64,000 bases of DNA from Eledone cirrhosa. Its lineage: Eukaryota. Both the position numbers and the translations under genes were made by a program. The stretch covers positions 1 through 64,000 of the forward strand of contig CAXHJY010001609.1 in NCBI GenBank assembly GCA_964016885.1, in the 5' to 3' direction. Below the pieces are notes generated by a model that saw only the letters and a list, made by a program, of their open reading frames with translations, was not told the origin of the DNA and searched no databases. This document shows, piece by piece, positions 25,995 through 38,160 of this stretch. Position 1 is the stretch's first letter; every line of letters begins with the position of its first letter.

Positions 25995-26180
25995 TGTCCA
26001 AGGGAAAGGCTATGGCCGATACAGCTTGGCACCAGTGACATCACAACTCATTTCTACAGCTGAGTAAACTGGAGCAACGTGAGATAAAATGTCTTGCTCA
26101 AGGACACAACACAACACCCTGTCCGAGAATCGAACTCACCAACTTTTAATTGTAAGCCCAATGCTCTAACCACTAAGCCA
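25995..26180 (-). mobile_element. CORE-like tRNA SINE head (paralog at ~42482-42665); its probable tail lies at 21865-22040
   Basis: Minus strand GGCTTAGTGGTTAGAGC..GAGTTCGATTCTC..TCCTTGAGCAAGACA. Confidence 0.85.
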
Positions 26181-26189
26181 GGATACATT

Positions 26190-26765
26190 CCAGAACCAAC
26201 CGTGATATAGAGACCATAAAGACGGCCGTCGTTTTCATAGTTAAAGCCTTAAATTACCTCTCATACATGCTTTAAGTACATATAAACTCATTAAATCACA
26301 CTTTTGTATTTAAACACCAAAAACAACCAGTAACGATCGTATAGAAACTACCACCAACTATCATACCACTAATTACCAATGAGGACTATTGCCAGCCACG
26401 GTAGCCACTTGGTAATACACTGCACATCTCCCGTCAATCTATGAAGGCTTTGTAGTAGATTAGAGCAAAACACAATCAGTAAAACAGTAATGGAATGAAA
26501 AATATAAACATTTGTTCATAATTAAAGCCTTAAGATGTCCCTTCCTTACGATATACACTTTAATAACATTGAAACTTATTTAATAAGTGTAAAATTTAAA
26601 CACTTTTTATTCAGACGTACCGCGATAAGAAACTAGATATGTTCTAACGAATAATCCGCGATGTGGCGAGGATTACCGCGATAGGAAATTAGATACGTTC
26701 CAAAGAAATATCCGCGATGTAACGGGACCGCGAAAAGTGTACCGCGATATAACGGGGGATTACTG
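26190..26765. mobile_element. pogo/Tigger-like DNA transposon end (paralog at ~42670-43247)
   Basis: Terminal CCGCGATATAACGGGGGATTACTG|TA with subterminal CCGCGAT repeats; only one end seen. Confidence 0.6.
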
Positions 26766-27173
26766 TATATATACACACACAACATACATCTATCTATATA
26801 CACTCATAACATTTATTTTGATCTCTTACATTAAAATGTTGACTGAGGGTGTGACAACTGTTTCTTGTTTGAGGTTGTTCCAGTGGTTGAAATATTGACG
26901 GAAGTATTTTAAATAATAAAGACAGTCATGATAACAATATATTTTATATCACATGTAACAGTAGAATCTGATGATTGAAAAATATCACATCAACATTTCA
27001 GTTTGGAAGTTTTTTTTTCTATATATAAAAGTGGAGGAAGAAATATATTTTTCTAATGTTGTTATATATATTTTCACTTGTATATAATTACTGGGTCGTT
27101 GTAGGGTTCACATAATTATATTATTTAAAGATTTACATCAATATAGACATTAAGTAAATCTTTGTCAACTTAC

Positions 27174-27372
27174 CTCCTTCACATATAATCAATGTGTTGT
27201 GTTGTTAGTTGTTACGAAACAACCAAAGAAATAATCTCTTTGTTATCAACTTAGAAGTTTCAATGTTAACAGCTTTATTTCACAACATTAACGTTGGTGT
27301 ATCTTCTTCATCTTTAGTCATAAATTGATATCTTGTCAGAATGAATTAGTGAGGCTGACTTTATGTCTTTAG
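27174..27372 (-). other. 199-nt non-coding 5' exon of ZNF gene A
   Basis: Minus strand acceptor TGTAG|CTAAAG and donor GAG|GTAAGT; identical length at 44279-44477 and 59624-59822. Confidence 0.7.
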
Positions 27373-28365
27373 CTACAGATTTGATAGGAAATATATATAT
27401 ATTAGGTTGATATGTGGTCTAAAATATATATATTGTCTATAAATGACTGATAGCAGATGTTCTGGTGAAATAGTAGTTTTACTACTACAGATTGTGATGG
27501 AACTCTTAGTAGACACAATTGTAAAGTAAGAATAGATATGACAGTGTAAGACTGATGTCGGGGAATTAATATATATATATATATATATATAATTGTTACA
27601 CAAGATATAATTAGATTAATTAAAGTTATAATGAAGACAGCAGGTACTCGGTGTCGTTGGTAATGTTTCAACTCTCGTGCCGGTGTCATACGTTAACAGT
27701 CCCTGATATAGTTTAATACCTTCAGACACAGTTCCAATCGTATTTAATTCATTGTAAATCAGAAAGTATCACTCAGTAAAATATCAATTATATATCAATA
27801 AGAAAACCTCTACGTAGTCTCACTGACTGCTAGAAATAGTAGTGATATTATACAATACAACTGTTCTCTCTCTATATATATATATATACACATATATGTA
27901 CGTATGTATGTATATGTGTATAATGGGTATGAATGAGCGTGTAAGTGTGTATATGTGTACATAGGGTTTTGGTATATGTACGTTTGGTGAACATATGTGT
28001 ATTTACCTGTGGGTATGTGTGAGTGTGCGTTCTATACGCATTTATGCGTGTATATTTATATATGTATATATAATTATATGTAGACAAACATATATTTATA
28101 TATGTATTTGGTGTATATGTTCGTACGTGTGCGGGTATATGTGTCGCGCCGGTTTACGTCTGTGTGTGCGTGTTTATGTGTACGTGCATGTATATGCATG
28201 CATGCCGTGTGTTTTCGTATATGCACCTGTATAAATGTGTGTATGTATATATTTAATTATTATTACTTTTATGATTATAATAACCTCTGTCATTTTCGTT
28301 CAACTAACTTATTTACATTATTCTGAACTCCGAAGCCGAGAATCATTCAGTTTCCTAAATAGTAT

Positions 28366-30495
28366 TGTAGCGGTTGTCTCCCTTGTTTTGATTGGGATCT
28401 AGACGGGAGGTAGAACCCTTTCTGCAACTTCCGGTCAGAGCCCTATAAAACTAACAACTTTAAGCTTTCTAACTCTCTTTGCCTTTTCGGCACCAGGTCA
28501 AGAGCCTCTCATTTGGCTCTGCCATTAATTTGGCCAACAGGCGCCTGGCCTTAGCCAGGCGTCCTCTGCCAGCCGCGTTTGCCTGGCAATCAAAACGGTA
28601 ACTACTAACTTTGTTTCATTCTAACATCTATCTTTGACATGTCAAGTATACTATCTACCATTGTTAATTAAATATTATACACCAAACCATGTATTCCTTG
28701 TTACATTCATACAACCCAGTATCCTCGCTATATTGGTAACCCTGACGTGATACGAACACGCAGCCGTTCATCGCTATAAGTGGTCACCCCCCCCCCCCCC
28801 CCCAAAAAAAAAGAAAAAAATAGCACATCTGGTTTTGTGAGTAACATTACGAATACACAGCAAATTTAGCGACAAACTATGAAAATACTCAAGGACACGC
28901 ACACACGCACATGTGGAATTCGCACAGGCATACTTTTTCTCTCACGCATCAATTAACTGTCACATTTCACCAATATATATATATGTTTCTCGTTTCTTAC
29001 AACGAACACTTTCAAAACAAAAAAAAAAAAAAACATTTCACGATATATATATATATGTTTCTCGTTTCTTACAACGAACTCTTTCAAAACACAAAAAAAA
29101 AAAAAGAAATTTGATATTCTTTAAAAAACATTTCAACAGGAACATTTATTTTTGATGAACCATTGCCTTTTTGTTCATCGTTTTCTTCATCGTTCAAGTT
29201 TTTTGTTTTTTTCCAAAGTTCACACCAATAATTATGCTGAGTGAAGCCTTTCTTTTTCATCATTGTCACTTTCAAAATTGCACTATCATTTTCTCGCGCG
29301 TTAGAAATATTATTTTTTTCAACCTTGTATTGGCACGTGTAGGCAGCACAAATTCTCGATTCACAGAGATGTCTCTACTCACAGACAGCCGCACGCCAGA
29401 GATAACATTTCTCACCAGGGATTATTCAGCCTTAAGCTATATTCTTCTATTTGCCGGTTTATAAATTTACAATGTAAATTTACCGTTGATAACCGCGCAT
29501 TTATTGGGAATGCTTATTTCTCTGGTCGCTGGCCTCTTGACCCTTCCAGGTCAACGCATTCTCAACATCGACCATCAACTTCGGCTGCTATTTCTAGCCC
29601 TTTGCGCAACTCATTTTTTCTAAAAAAATTTTTTTTTTACTGTGAATTTAAACACCGAATACGCTCACTCAGCGAGACAACAGCAGCAGCAGCAATACAT
29701 CAACACAGCTTCACCAACAACCAGCAGAACGCCAGAGAATTTATTTTTGCAGCACTCTCCCTGTGAGAAAATCCATTCGGAGGTTGGAAATTTCACGATA
29801 TACCACAGAACAGAGACCACCTGCATTCATTCTCTGGAACACACTTTCTTTCCTGCTGTCATGTGATTGCACACCTGTGAACTATATTTTGTACATTTGA
29901 ACTTTGAGCTCTTCTATTACTTTTACTTTATTACATTGTATCTTTGGGTGATGGATAGATGGATGTCCAGTCGTTCTCTGGCCAAGAGCGGTTGACTACC
30001 TTGATATCTATCATTGATTTTTCCAAACATTCTTTTGTCGTAATTTTCATGCCTGTTACAACATTCTCGCCAACTTGCTACATATTTTCATTTCGATTTT
30101 TATACACTAAAATTCTGGCGGGAGGTTATGTAGCGGTTGTCTCCCTTGTTTTGATTGGGATCTAGACGGGAGGTAGAACCCTTTCTGCAACTTCCGGTCA
30201 GAGCCCTATAAAACTAACAACTTTAAGCTTTCTAACTCTCTTTGCCTTTTCGGCACCAGGTCAAGAGCCTCTCATTTGGCTCTGCCATTAATTTGGCCAA
30301 CAGGCGCCTGGCCTTAGCCAGGCGTCCTCTGCCAGCCGCGTTCGCCTGGCAATCAAAACGGTAACTACTAACTTTGTTTCATTCTAACATCTATCTTTGA
30401 CATGTCAAGTATACTATCTACCATTGTTAATTAAATATTATACACCAAACCATATATTCCTTGTTACATTCATACAACCCAGTATCCTCGCTATA
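28366..30495 (+). mobile_element. Non-autonomous LTR retrotransposon (2130 bp)
   Basis: 367-bp LTRs at 28366-28732 and 30129-30495 with ~2 differences; 4-bp TSD GTAT; PBS TGGTAACCCTGACGTGAT (tRNA-Trp-like); PPT GGCGGGAGG; no gag/pol. Confidence 0.95.
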
Positions 30496-30678
30496 GTATA
30501 TTAGTCTACGACTCCATTTATACCATAAACGTGGTTTTGTCTTTACGTGTAATTGTTGTTCCCGCTCCACATAACGACGTATTATCTTCGCTTTTTTCCG
30601 TTCATTGCGAACCAAAGTATCGTCTTCCTGTATTTAACTGGGCTGCAACGTTTTTCGTAATATTTACTTCTTCGGTCA

Positions 30679-30754
30679 CAGATTGATTTTTTTTTAGTTT
30701 CAGAAGATCCCGTTAAGGGTGAAAGCAGCAATACTTTGCTTAAACTTTAATCTG
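30679..30754 (+). ncRNA. Variant type I hammerhead-like fold (core CAGAAGA)
   Basis: Stem I AGTTT/AAACT plus CAGATTGA/TTAATCTG; stem II CCC/GGG; GAAA; stem III AGCAG/TTGCT; CUU triplet; second copy at 60906-60979 (-). Confidence 0.5.
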
Positions 30755-31014
30755 TTATTTTAATATATATATATATATAAATTAATAAAACAATGAATAA
30801 ACAAAGAAACAGTTCCTTATATTAAAAAAATTCATCATTTTACGATCGTTTCTAGGATATATATGTTTTAGAGTTGGTATGCATATTCTATAGATCTATG
30901 TACAATATTTATACAAACTATCAGAGGGAATATACATACCTACACATATATATGCTGTCTTCAGAAATAATCGCCCATGATATATATATATATATATATA
31001 TATATCATGGGTGG

Positions 31015-34000
31015 TGCCCAAGTGTGCCTCAGCCAGATGGCTGGAACAGGTATAAGAATAAAAGAATATAATATATATGTGTATATTCATATATTGTATT
31101 TATCCTCATCACAATTTAAACTCCATTTTACATGCTAGCATGGGTCAGACGACTTGTCCTGTTGTGTGAAAACTTAGATCAAATAACTGTGTCTTGCTCA
31201 TGCAAGAACCATTTCTGGTTGGTTTCTACAACTGGATGCCCTTCCTAACTCCAACAACATTTACAAGGTGGACTTGGTATTTATTGTTGTGTTGCTAACA
31301 TGACCAACTTACAGGGTGGACTGGGTGTTTTTCGTTGTGTCGTCATCATGACAACCACCAGCTAACAGAGCAGACTTGGTGCTCTTTGACATGTCACCAA
31401 TTTGAAGGGTGGTTCGGGTGCCTTCAGTCTTACCACTAGCATGACCACTTTACAGAGTAGGCTAGAGGCCTCCTGTCAAGTCTACCTCACAGGGTGGACT
31501 GGTTGCTTATTTGTCATGTCACCAGCATGACTACCTTGCAGGGAGGGTTAGGAGCTCTTTTGTCATGACATCTGCATGACCACCTTATAGGGTTGCCTGA
31601 GGGTTTAGCCATTTCAGCAGCATTTGAGGAGAGCATGTCAAGCTTTCCGTACTTGTATACATGGGTTGGTCAAGAGAGGTGTATCAGATGTGAAAGTGCG
31701 GGTGTGGTTGTGTGTATGTAGGGTGGGGATTGGCGAGGTAGGTCAGGGTGGTGTACTTAGCTGGTAAGGGGGTGGAGTGTTAAGATGTGGGGAGGAGGAA
31801 AAGTGGAGCATACTTCAAACCACTAAATGTTGCTTGAACCCGTGGATATGGGAATACAGGTCTCCTGCAGTACTGTATAACGCCAGTGATTTCAATCCTG
31901 TGTCATCACCTTTGAGAGGTACAATGGTGTCAGGTCAGTTTTTACCTCCTCATCCCAAGCTTTCCTAGGTCTTCCTCTTCCATCAATTTCAAGCAGTCAA
32001 CCTTTTATACAGCATCTCTACCTTCATACATATCACATGTCCATACCACAGCAATCTCCTCTCCTGCATACTGTATCTTATCCCTCTCATGCCCAGGTTC
32101 TCTCTCAGTTTATTTACATTTTGCTCTTCATGTATATTAATATTACACATCCATTGGAGAATTCAAGCTTCATTTCTGTCCAATCTTCTGAGGTCCTCTG
32201 CACACAGCACCCAGATCTCACTGCAATGCAGCATTGCTGTTCATATGCAGACATCAATTTGATGAAACAACCTTTTGTAGCTAGCAGCAGTAGTAACACC
32301 CTAAACCTTTGCCATCTTGTTCTTACTCTGGTTACTGTACTTTCAGAACACCTACCTCCACTGCTAATTTGGTCACCCTGGTAACAGAAACTGTCAACTG
32401 CTTCTACAGAATCCTTTAAATATTTGATAGAGCTTGTCTCCTAAAGTGATTGCTTCTTACTGCTCCAGTGCAGTGACCCCTTGTAAACCCTACATTCTTA
32501 GCTAACTCACTATGTATCCCACTAAATCTCTGGTGTACCCATAGTCTCTTTAGTGTAAATAATTGTTTCTACTTTTGACACAATGCCAGCAATTATCCCA
32601 GTGTATCACTGGTACTTTATTTTATCGACCCCGTAAGGATAAAAGGCATAGTTAACCTCGGCGGGATTTGAACTCAGACCATAAAGGGCCGTAACTCTTT
32701 GCTGCAAAGCATGGCGTCCGTCCCTCTACCGACACTGCCAATCCGCCGCCTTTAGTGTAAATAATGTTTCATACACATAACATGTATGTGTGACCATTGG
32801 TTTCTGAGTCCACTTATGGCCACCACTGTTTAATGGGGGAGGCACTTCCAAACAGACCCTTCATTAGGCATGCTGACAAATATATTAGAACGAAGTTCTT
32901 TCCTCCAACAATTTTCACACCAAACAGAGGAGAGTTTCATATTGTCAAAAAGGGAGGTAAATCTTTAGTGGTGGAATTGTCAGGCTTAATTATATATGTA
33001 ATTAGACATACATAGAAGTGGTTGATAGCTTTTGCAATCTAGGTGACTTAATTAGCAGTGGCGGGGGCTGCTCTGAAAGATGAATAGCTAGAATAAGGGT
33101 AGGATGGAAAAAGTTTAGAGAGCTACTGCAACAGTTCACCACAAAAGGTTTCTATCTCTGTACAAAAGGACAACTGTATGACACATGTGGGTGATGTACA
33201 ATGATGCATGGTAACTAAACAAGGGCTGTGACTGCAGAGGATATGTAGACTGGAGAGAAATGCAACAACCATGCTTTGTCGGATATGTTATGGAAGTGTA
33301 AGAGAAAGGCAGAGCTTGGACGAGTACAAGAAGAAGCTGGGTTTAAGAGTGATCTGAAGTGGTGTGTAAGAGAGAAGACTGTGTTTGTACGACATGTGAT
33401 ACACATGGATAATGACCGCTGCGTGAAGAAGTGCCAGGAAATCCCAGTAGAAGGAAACCATAGTAGAGGTAGACCAAGAAAGACCTGGACAGAGGCTGTG
33501 TGAACTGACTGCAAAGAACTGACTCTCACAGAGGAGATGACAAAGGAACACGACAAGTTGAAAGATGCCATGTTGAGAAGGACCTGTCCGACCCAAGGAA
33601 TCATGGCAAAACGGACATAAAAACAGTGATGATGTTGATGAAGATGACGTACATATACACACATCCATACACAAATAAATCAAACACAGATATGAACATA
33701 CGTATATACAAACATAGATACAACATATACATGGAGACAAATTTCTACACACATACATTCACATATATATAACGTGTGTAAATTCTGAACAATACAGTTT
33801 TGTCGGCAAAACTCTTGGTTACAACTTCTACAAATAAAATGAAAGGAGAATAATTTCTTAGTAAAACAGTTTTATTCAAGATATTAACAACATTGGTGGC
33901 ACTATTTTGGGTGAGTGACATGGTTTTCATCTTGTCTAATTGTGTTGCATTAAATAATCTTTAGAAGAGAACGATTTATCACAGACATCACAGTGATATG

Positions 34001-34860
34001 GTTCCTCTCCTGTAGATGTTAGTGTCTAATGAAGTCACAGAATTTAGAGAAAGATTTACCACAGACATCATAGTGATATGGTTCCTCTCCTGTAGATGTT
34101 AGTGTCTAGTGAAGTCACAACATTTAGAGAAAGATTTACCAAATATATCAAAGTGATATGGCTTCCCAGCTGTATGTATATGTTTGTGTGTAACATTCAA
34201 AGAGAATGGTTTCTCTCAGATGTCACATTGATATGTATTTGTATTCTCATTAATTCACGAATTTGAGGGAATGATTTATTTCTGATGTCAATGCGTTATG
34301 ATTTCTCTTCTGCATGTATAAGTTTGTGAGTAGCTAGGCTACTTTTCCCAGAGAATGATATACTACAGATATCAGTGATACGGCCTGTCTCCTGTATGGG
34401 TACGTTTATGGCTAGTTAAGGTACCACTGAGAGAGAATGATTTACCAGAGATATCACAGTGATATGGCTTGTTTCCTGTATGGGTACGTTTGTGGCTAGT
34501 TAAGGTCCCACTTAGAGAGAATGATTTACCACAGATATCACAGTGATATGGCTTGTTTCCTGTATGGGTACGTTTGTGGCTAGTTAAGGTACCACTTAGA
34601 GAGAATGATTTACCACAGATATCACAGTAATATGGCTTGTCTCCTGTATGTGTACATTTATGTGTAGTTAAGTTACTACTTAGAGAGAATGATATACCAC
34701 AGATATCACAGTGATATGGCTTGTCTCCTGTATGTGTACATTTATGTGTGGTTAAGTTACTACTTAGAGAGAATGATATACCACAGATATCACAGTGATA
34801 TGGCTTGTCTCCTGTATGTATATGTTTGTGTCTAGTTAAGGTACTACTTTTATTGAATGA
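31015..34860. repeat. Segmental duplication of ~15120-18800 (3' flank and 3' end of ZNF gene A)
   Basis: Same nested RTE/SINE/RTE order and same TSD; high identity by eye. Confidence 0.92.
34296..34860 (-). pseudogene. 5'-truncated C2H2 zinc-finger copy B' (~7 fingers)
   Basis: Fingers with TGDKPY/TGNKPY linkers; 2-nt deletion at ~34372 creates a stop; 5' end replaced by a retroposon tail; no ATG. Confidence 0.88.
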
Positions 34861-35232
34861 CCCGTGCCACCCTTGCAAGCAGGGAAAAACAGACGTAGAA
34901 TGATGATGATGATGATGATATATATATATTCATCAACACTGTTTTACGTCCGTTCTTCTATGCTAGCATGGGTTAGACGGGTTGTCCTGTTGTGGGCAAT
35001 GTCCAGTTGGCTGACCTTGTCATGCTCATACGGGAACTGATTTTGACTTGATTTCTACAGCTGGATGCCCTTCCTAACACCAACCTCATTTACAATGCGT
35101 GCTGGGTACATTTCTTCCATGGTGCCTACATGTCCACTTTATAGTGTGGGTTGATATATATATAATATATTTAATATATATATATGTGATATATATATAT
35201 CACATATATATATATATAATATAATATATATA

Positions 35233-35409
35233 TCTATATATCTAAAATAGAGAATGCCTAAAACTCAAGAACCACCCAACCGATTGTTTTCAAACTTTAC
35301 GTATGTAATACTTATAGTCCTGTGAGTGTTTTGAGGAGAAAAATTTCAAATTTTCAATGCCCTAGAGACCGCATGAGGCAATTTAGCGATCTCTGGGCCA
35401 TTCTGCTAG
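35233..35409 (+). mobile_element. Non-autonomous Helitron-like element (paralog at 48140-48318)
   Basis: 5' TCTATATATCTAAAA and 3' CTAG in AT context. Confidence 0.55.
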
Positions 35410-35429
35410 GAATATATATATAATACATA

Positions 35430-35640
35430 TGGCTTAGTGGTTAGAGCACTGGGCTTGTAATTGAAAGGTTGTGAGTTCAATTCTCGGACTGGGTGATGTG
35501 TTATGTCCTTGAGCAAGACACTTTATTTCATGTTGCTCCTTCTACCTGGAGTTGTGACCAATAGATAGTATTAGCAATTGGAAAGACCAATGGAAACATT
35601 GTTTCTTTGGTCCAATTTGACGAAAGTCGATCGACTGACG
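35430..35640 (+). mobile_element. CORE-like SINE variant with hairpin tail (copies at ~48340-48550 (+) and ~52530-52745 (-))
   Basis: GGCTTAGTGGTTAGAGC head, GAGTTCAATTCTC, CCTTGAGCAAGACAC. Confidence 0.8.
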
Positions 35641-37227
35641 ATATATATATGTATATATATATATATTATACATATATATATATGTGCCACTTGCTGGATC
35701 TGCTAGAAGGACCCAGATAATATGAGATGTTTTCCCGGCTGTATCATATACTGCAAATCTATGCAGATGTATACACATATATACACAAACACATAAAGAT
35801 ACACATGTAATTATACACACATAGAAGTGGTTGATAGCTTCTGTGATTTAATTAGCAGTGGAGGATGACTGTATAACACCTGCCAATAAAATATGATGCT
35901 GCATGGTAGTGAAACAAGGGCTGTGACAGTAGAAAAAAAGTGTAGACTGGAGAGGAATGAAGCAACCATGCTTCATTGGATGTGGCATTTAAGTGAGAGA
36001 GAAAGGCAGAGCTTGGACAAGTTGAGGGAGAAGCTGGGTTTAAGAGGGATCTTAAGAGATGTGTAAGAGAGAGGACTGCATTGGTACGGACATGTGATAC
36101 ATATGGATAATGTCAGCTGGGTGAAGAAGTGCCAGGATATCCCAGTAGAAGGAAGCCATAGGAGAGGTAGACCAAGAAAGACCTGGACAGAGGCTGTGTG
36201 AACTGACTTCAAATGACTGACTCTCACAGAGGAGATGACAAAGGAACACGACAAGTTGAAATATGCCATGTTGAGAAGGACATGTCCAACCCAAGGAAGC
36301 ATAGAAAAACAGACATAAAAACAGTGATGATGTTGATGAAGATGACATACATATACACACATACATAATAAATAAATCAAATACAGATATGCACATACAA
36401 ACATATACATGGACACAAATTTCTACACACATACATTCACATATATGTAGCGTATGTCATTTCTAAACAATACAGTTTTGTCAGCACAAGTCTTGGTTAC
36501 AACTTCTACAAATAAAATGAAGGAAGAATTTCTTAGTAAAACAGTTTTATTCAAAATATTAACAACATTGGTGACACAATTTTAGGTGAGTGACATGGTT
36601 TTTATCTTGTCTAATTGTGTTTGTGTTGCATCAAGTAACCTTTACAAGAGAATTATTTACCACAGACACCACAGTGATATGGTTCCTCTCCTGTATATGT
36701 TGGTGTGTAGGGAAGCCAAAACATATAGAGAATTATTTACCACAGACATCACAGTGATATGGTTTCTCTCCTGTATATGTTAGTGTCTAGTCAAGCCACA
36801 ACATTTCAGAGCAGGATTTATTCAGACATCACAGTGATATGGTTCCTCTTCTGGATGTTAGTGTCTAGTGAAACCAAAATTAGAAAATGATTTACATGGG
36901 CTGAGGTGGTAAGGGCAAACCTCTGAAGCTCACGGTGTAGATGACAAAGGACCGTGACAAGTAGAGAGATGCTTGCAGGGAAAAGCGGACGTAAAATGAT
37001 GATGATGATATGGTTTGCCTCATCTATGCATATATTTAGTTAAATTGCTGCATTAAAAGATATATTTTGCAAACATATCAAAGTGATATGGCTTCCCACC
37101 TGTATATGTTTGTGTGAAGTTAATGTAACATTGAAAGAGAATGATTTACCATAGATATTACACCGATATATATTTGTATTCTCATTAATTCACAATTTTG
37201 CGAGGATTTGTCACTGATGTCAATGCA

Positions 37228-38160
37228 TTAAGATTTCTCCTCTGCATGTATGAGTTTGTGAGTAGTTAGGCTACTTTCCCCAGAGAATGATATACCACAG
37301 ATATCACAGTGACATGGCTTGTCTCCTGTATGGGTACGTTTGTGGCTAGTTAGGGGACCACGTTGAGAGAATGATTTACCACAGATATCACAGTGATATG
37401 GCTTGTCTCCTGTATGGGTACGTTTGTGGCTAGTTAAGGTACTACTTTGAGAGAATGATTTACCACAGATATCACAGTTATATGGCTTGTCTCCTGTATG
37501 TATACGTTTGTGTCTAGTGAAGGTACTACCATCAGAGAATGATTTACCACAGATATCACAGTTATATGGCTTGTCTCCTGTATGTATATGTTTGTGGCTA
37601 GTTAAGTTACTATTTTGAGAGAATGATTTACCACAGATATCACAGTGATATGGCTTGTCTCCTGTATGTATATGTTTGTGGCTAGTTAAGTTACTATTTT
37701 GAGAGAATGATTTACCACAGATATCACAGTGATATGGCTTGTCTCCTGTATGTATACGTTTGTGTTTAGTTAAGTGACTACCATCAGAGTATGATATACC
37801 ACTGATATCACAGTGATATGGCTTGTCTCCCGTATGTGTGCGTTTGTGTCTAGTTAAGGTACCACTTACAGAGAAAGATTTACCACAGATATCACAGTGG
37901 TATGGCTTGTCTCCTGTATGTGTACGTTCATGTGTAGTTAAGTGACTACTTTGAGAGAATGATATACCACAGATATCACAGTGATATGGCTTGTCTCCTG
38001 TATGTGTACGTTTGTGTCGAGTTAAGTGACTACGTTGAGAGAATGATTTACCACAGATATCGCAGCGATATGGTTTCTCACCCGTATGGGTATGTATGTG
38101 AGAAGTTAGGGTACTACTATTAGAGAATGATTTACTGCAGATATCACAGTGATATGGCAT
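37228..38160 (-). CDS. C2H2 zinc-finger gene B, open 310-aa frame with 11 fingers (upstream part to the ancestral ATG at 38495 is frameshifted)
   Basis: ATG at 38160; 11 tandem fingers, one with C>S; HAEEKS terminus; indels between 38160 and 38495. Confidence 0.7.
   Translation of the reverse strand: MPYHCDICSKSFSNSSTLTSHIHTHTGEKPYRCDICGKSFSQRSHLTRHKRTHTGDKPYHCDICGISFSQSSHLTTHERTHTGDKPYHCDICGKSFSVSGTLTRHKRTHTGDKPYHCDISGISYSDGSHLTKHKRIHTGDKPYHCDICGKSFSQNSNLTSHKHIHTGDKPYHCDICGKSFSQNSNLTSHKHIHTGDKPYNCDICGKSFSDGSTFTRHKRIHTGDKPYNCDICGKSFSQSSTLTSHKRTHTGDKPYHCDICGKSFSQRGPLTSHKRTHTGDKPCHCDICGISFSGESSLTTHKLIHAEEKS

Noticed and set aside
28750-30120. gag/pol or ribozyme inside the LTR element
   Set aside because: Only short ORFs without retroviral motifs; no hammerhead core seen in the LTRs
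34372-34878. TE-donated start codon for ZNF copy B'
   Set aside because: The track start is TTG, not ATG, and no splice acceptor was identified
35430-35495. tRNA genes at SINE heads (also 46790, 48340, 49410, 21061)
   Set aside because: A/B boxes are present but there is no acceptor stem; they continue into SINE bodies
35618-35642. GACGAAAGTCGATCGACTGACGA as a hammerhead
   Set aside because: GAAA and CTGACGA are present but there is no room for stem I; wrong topology
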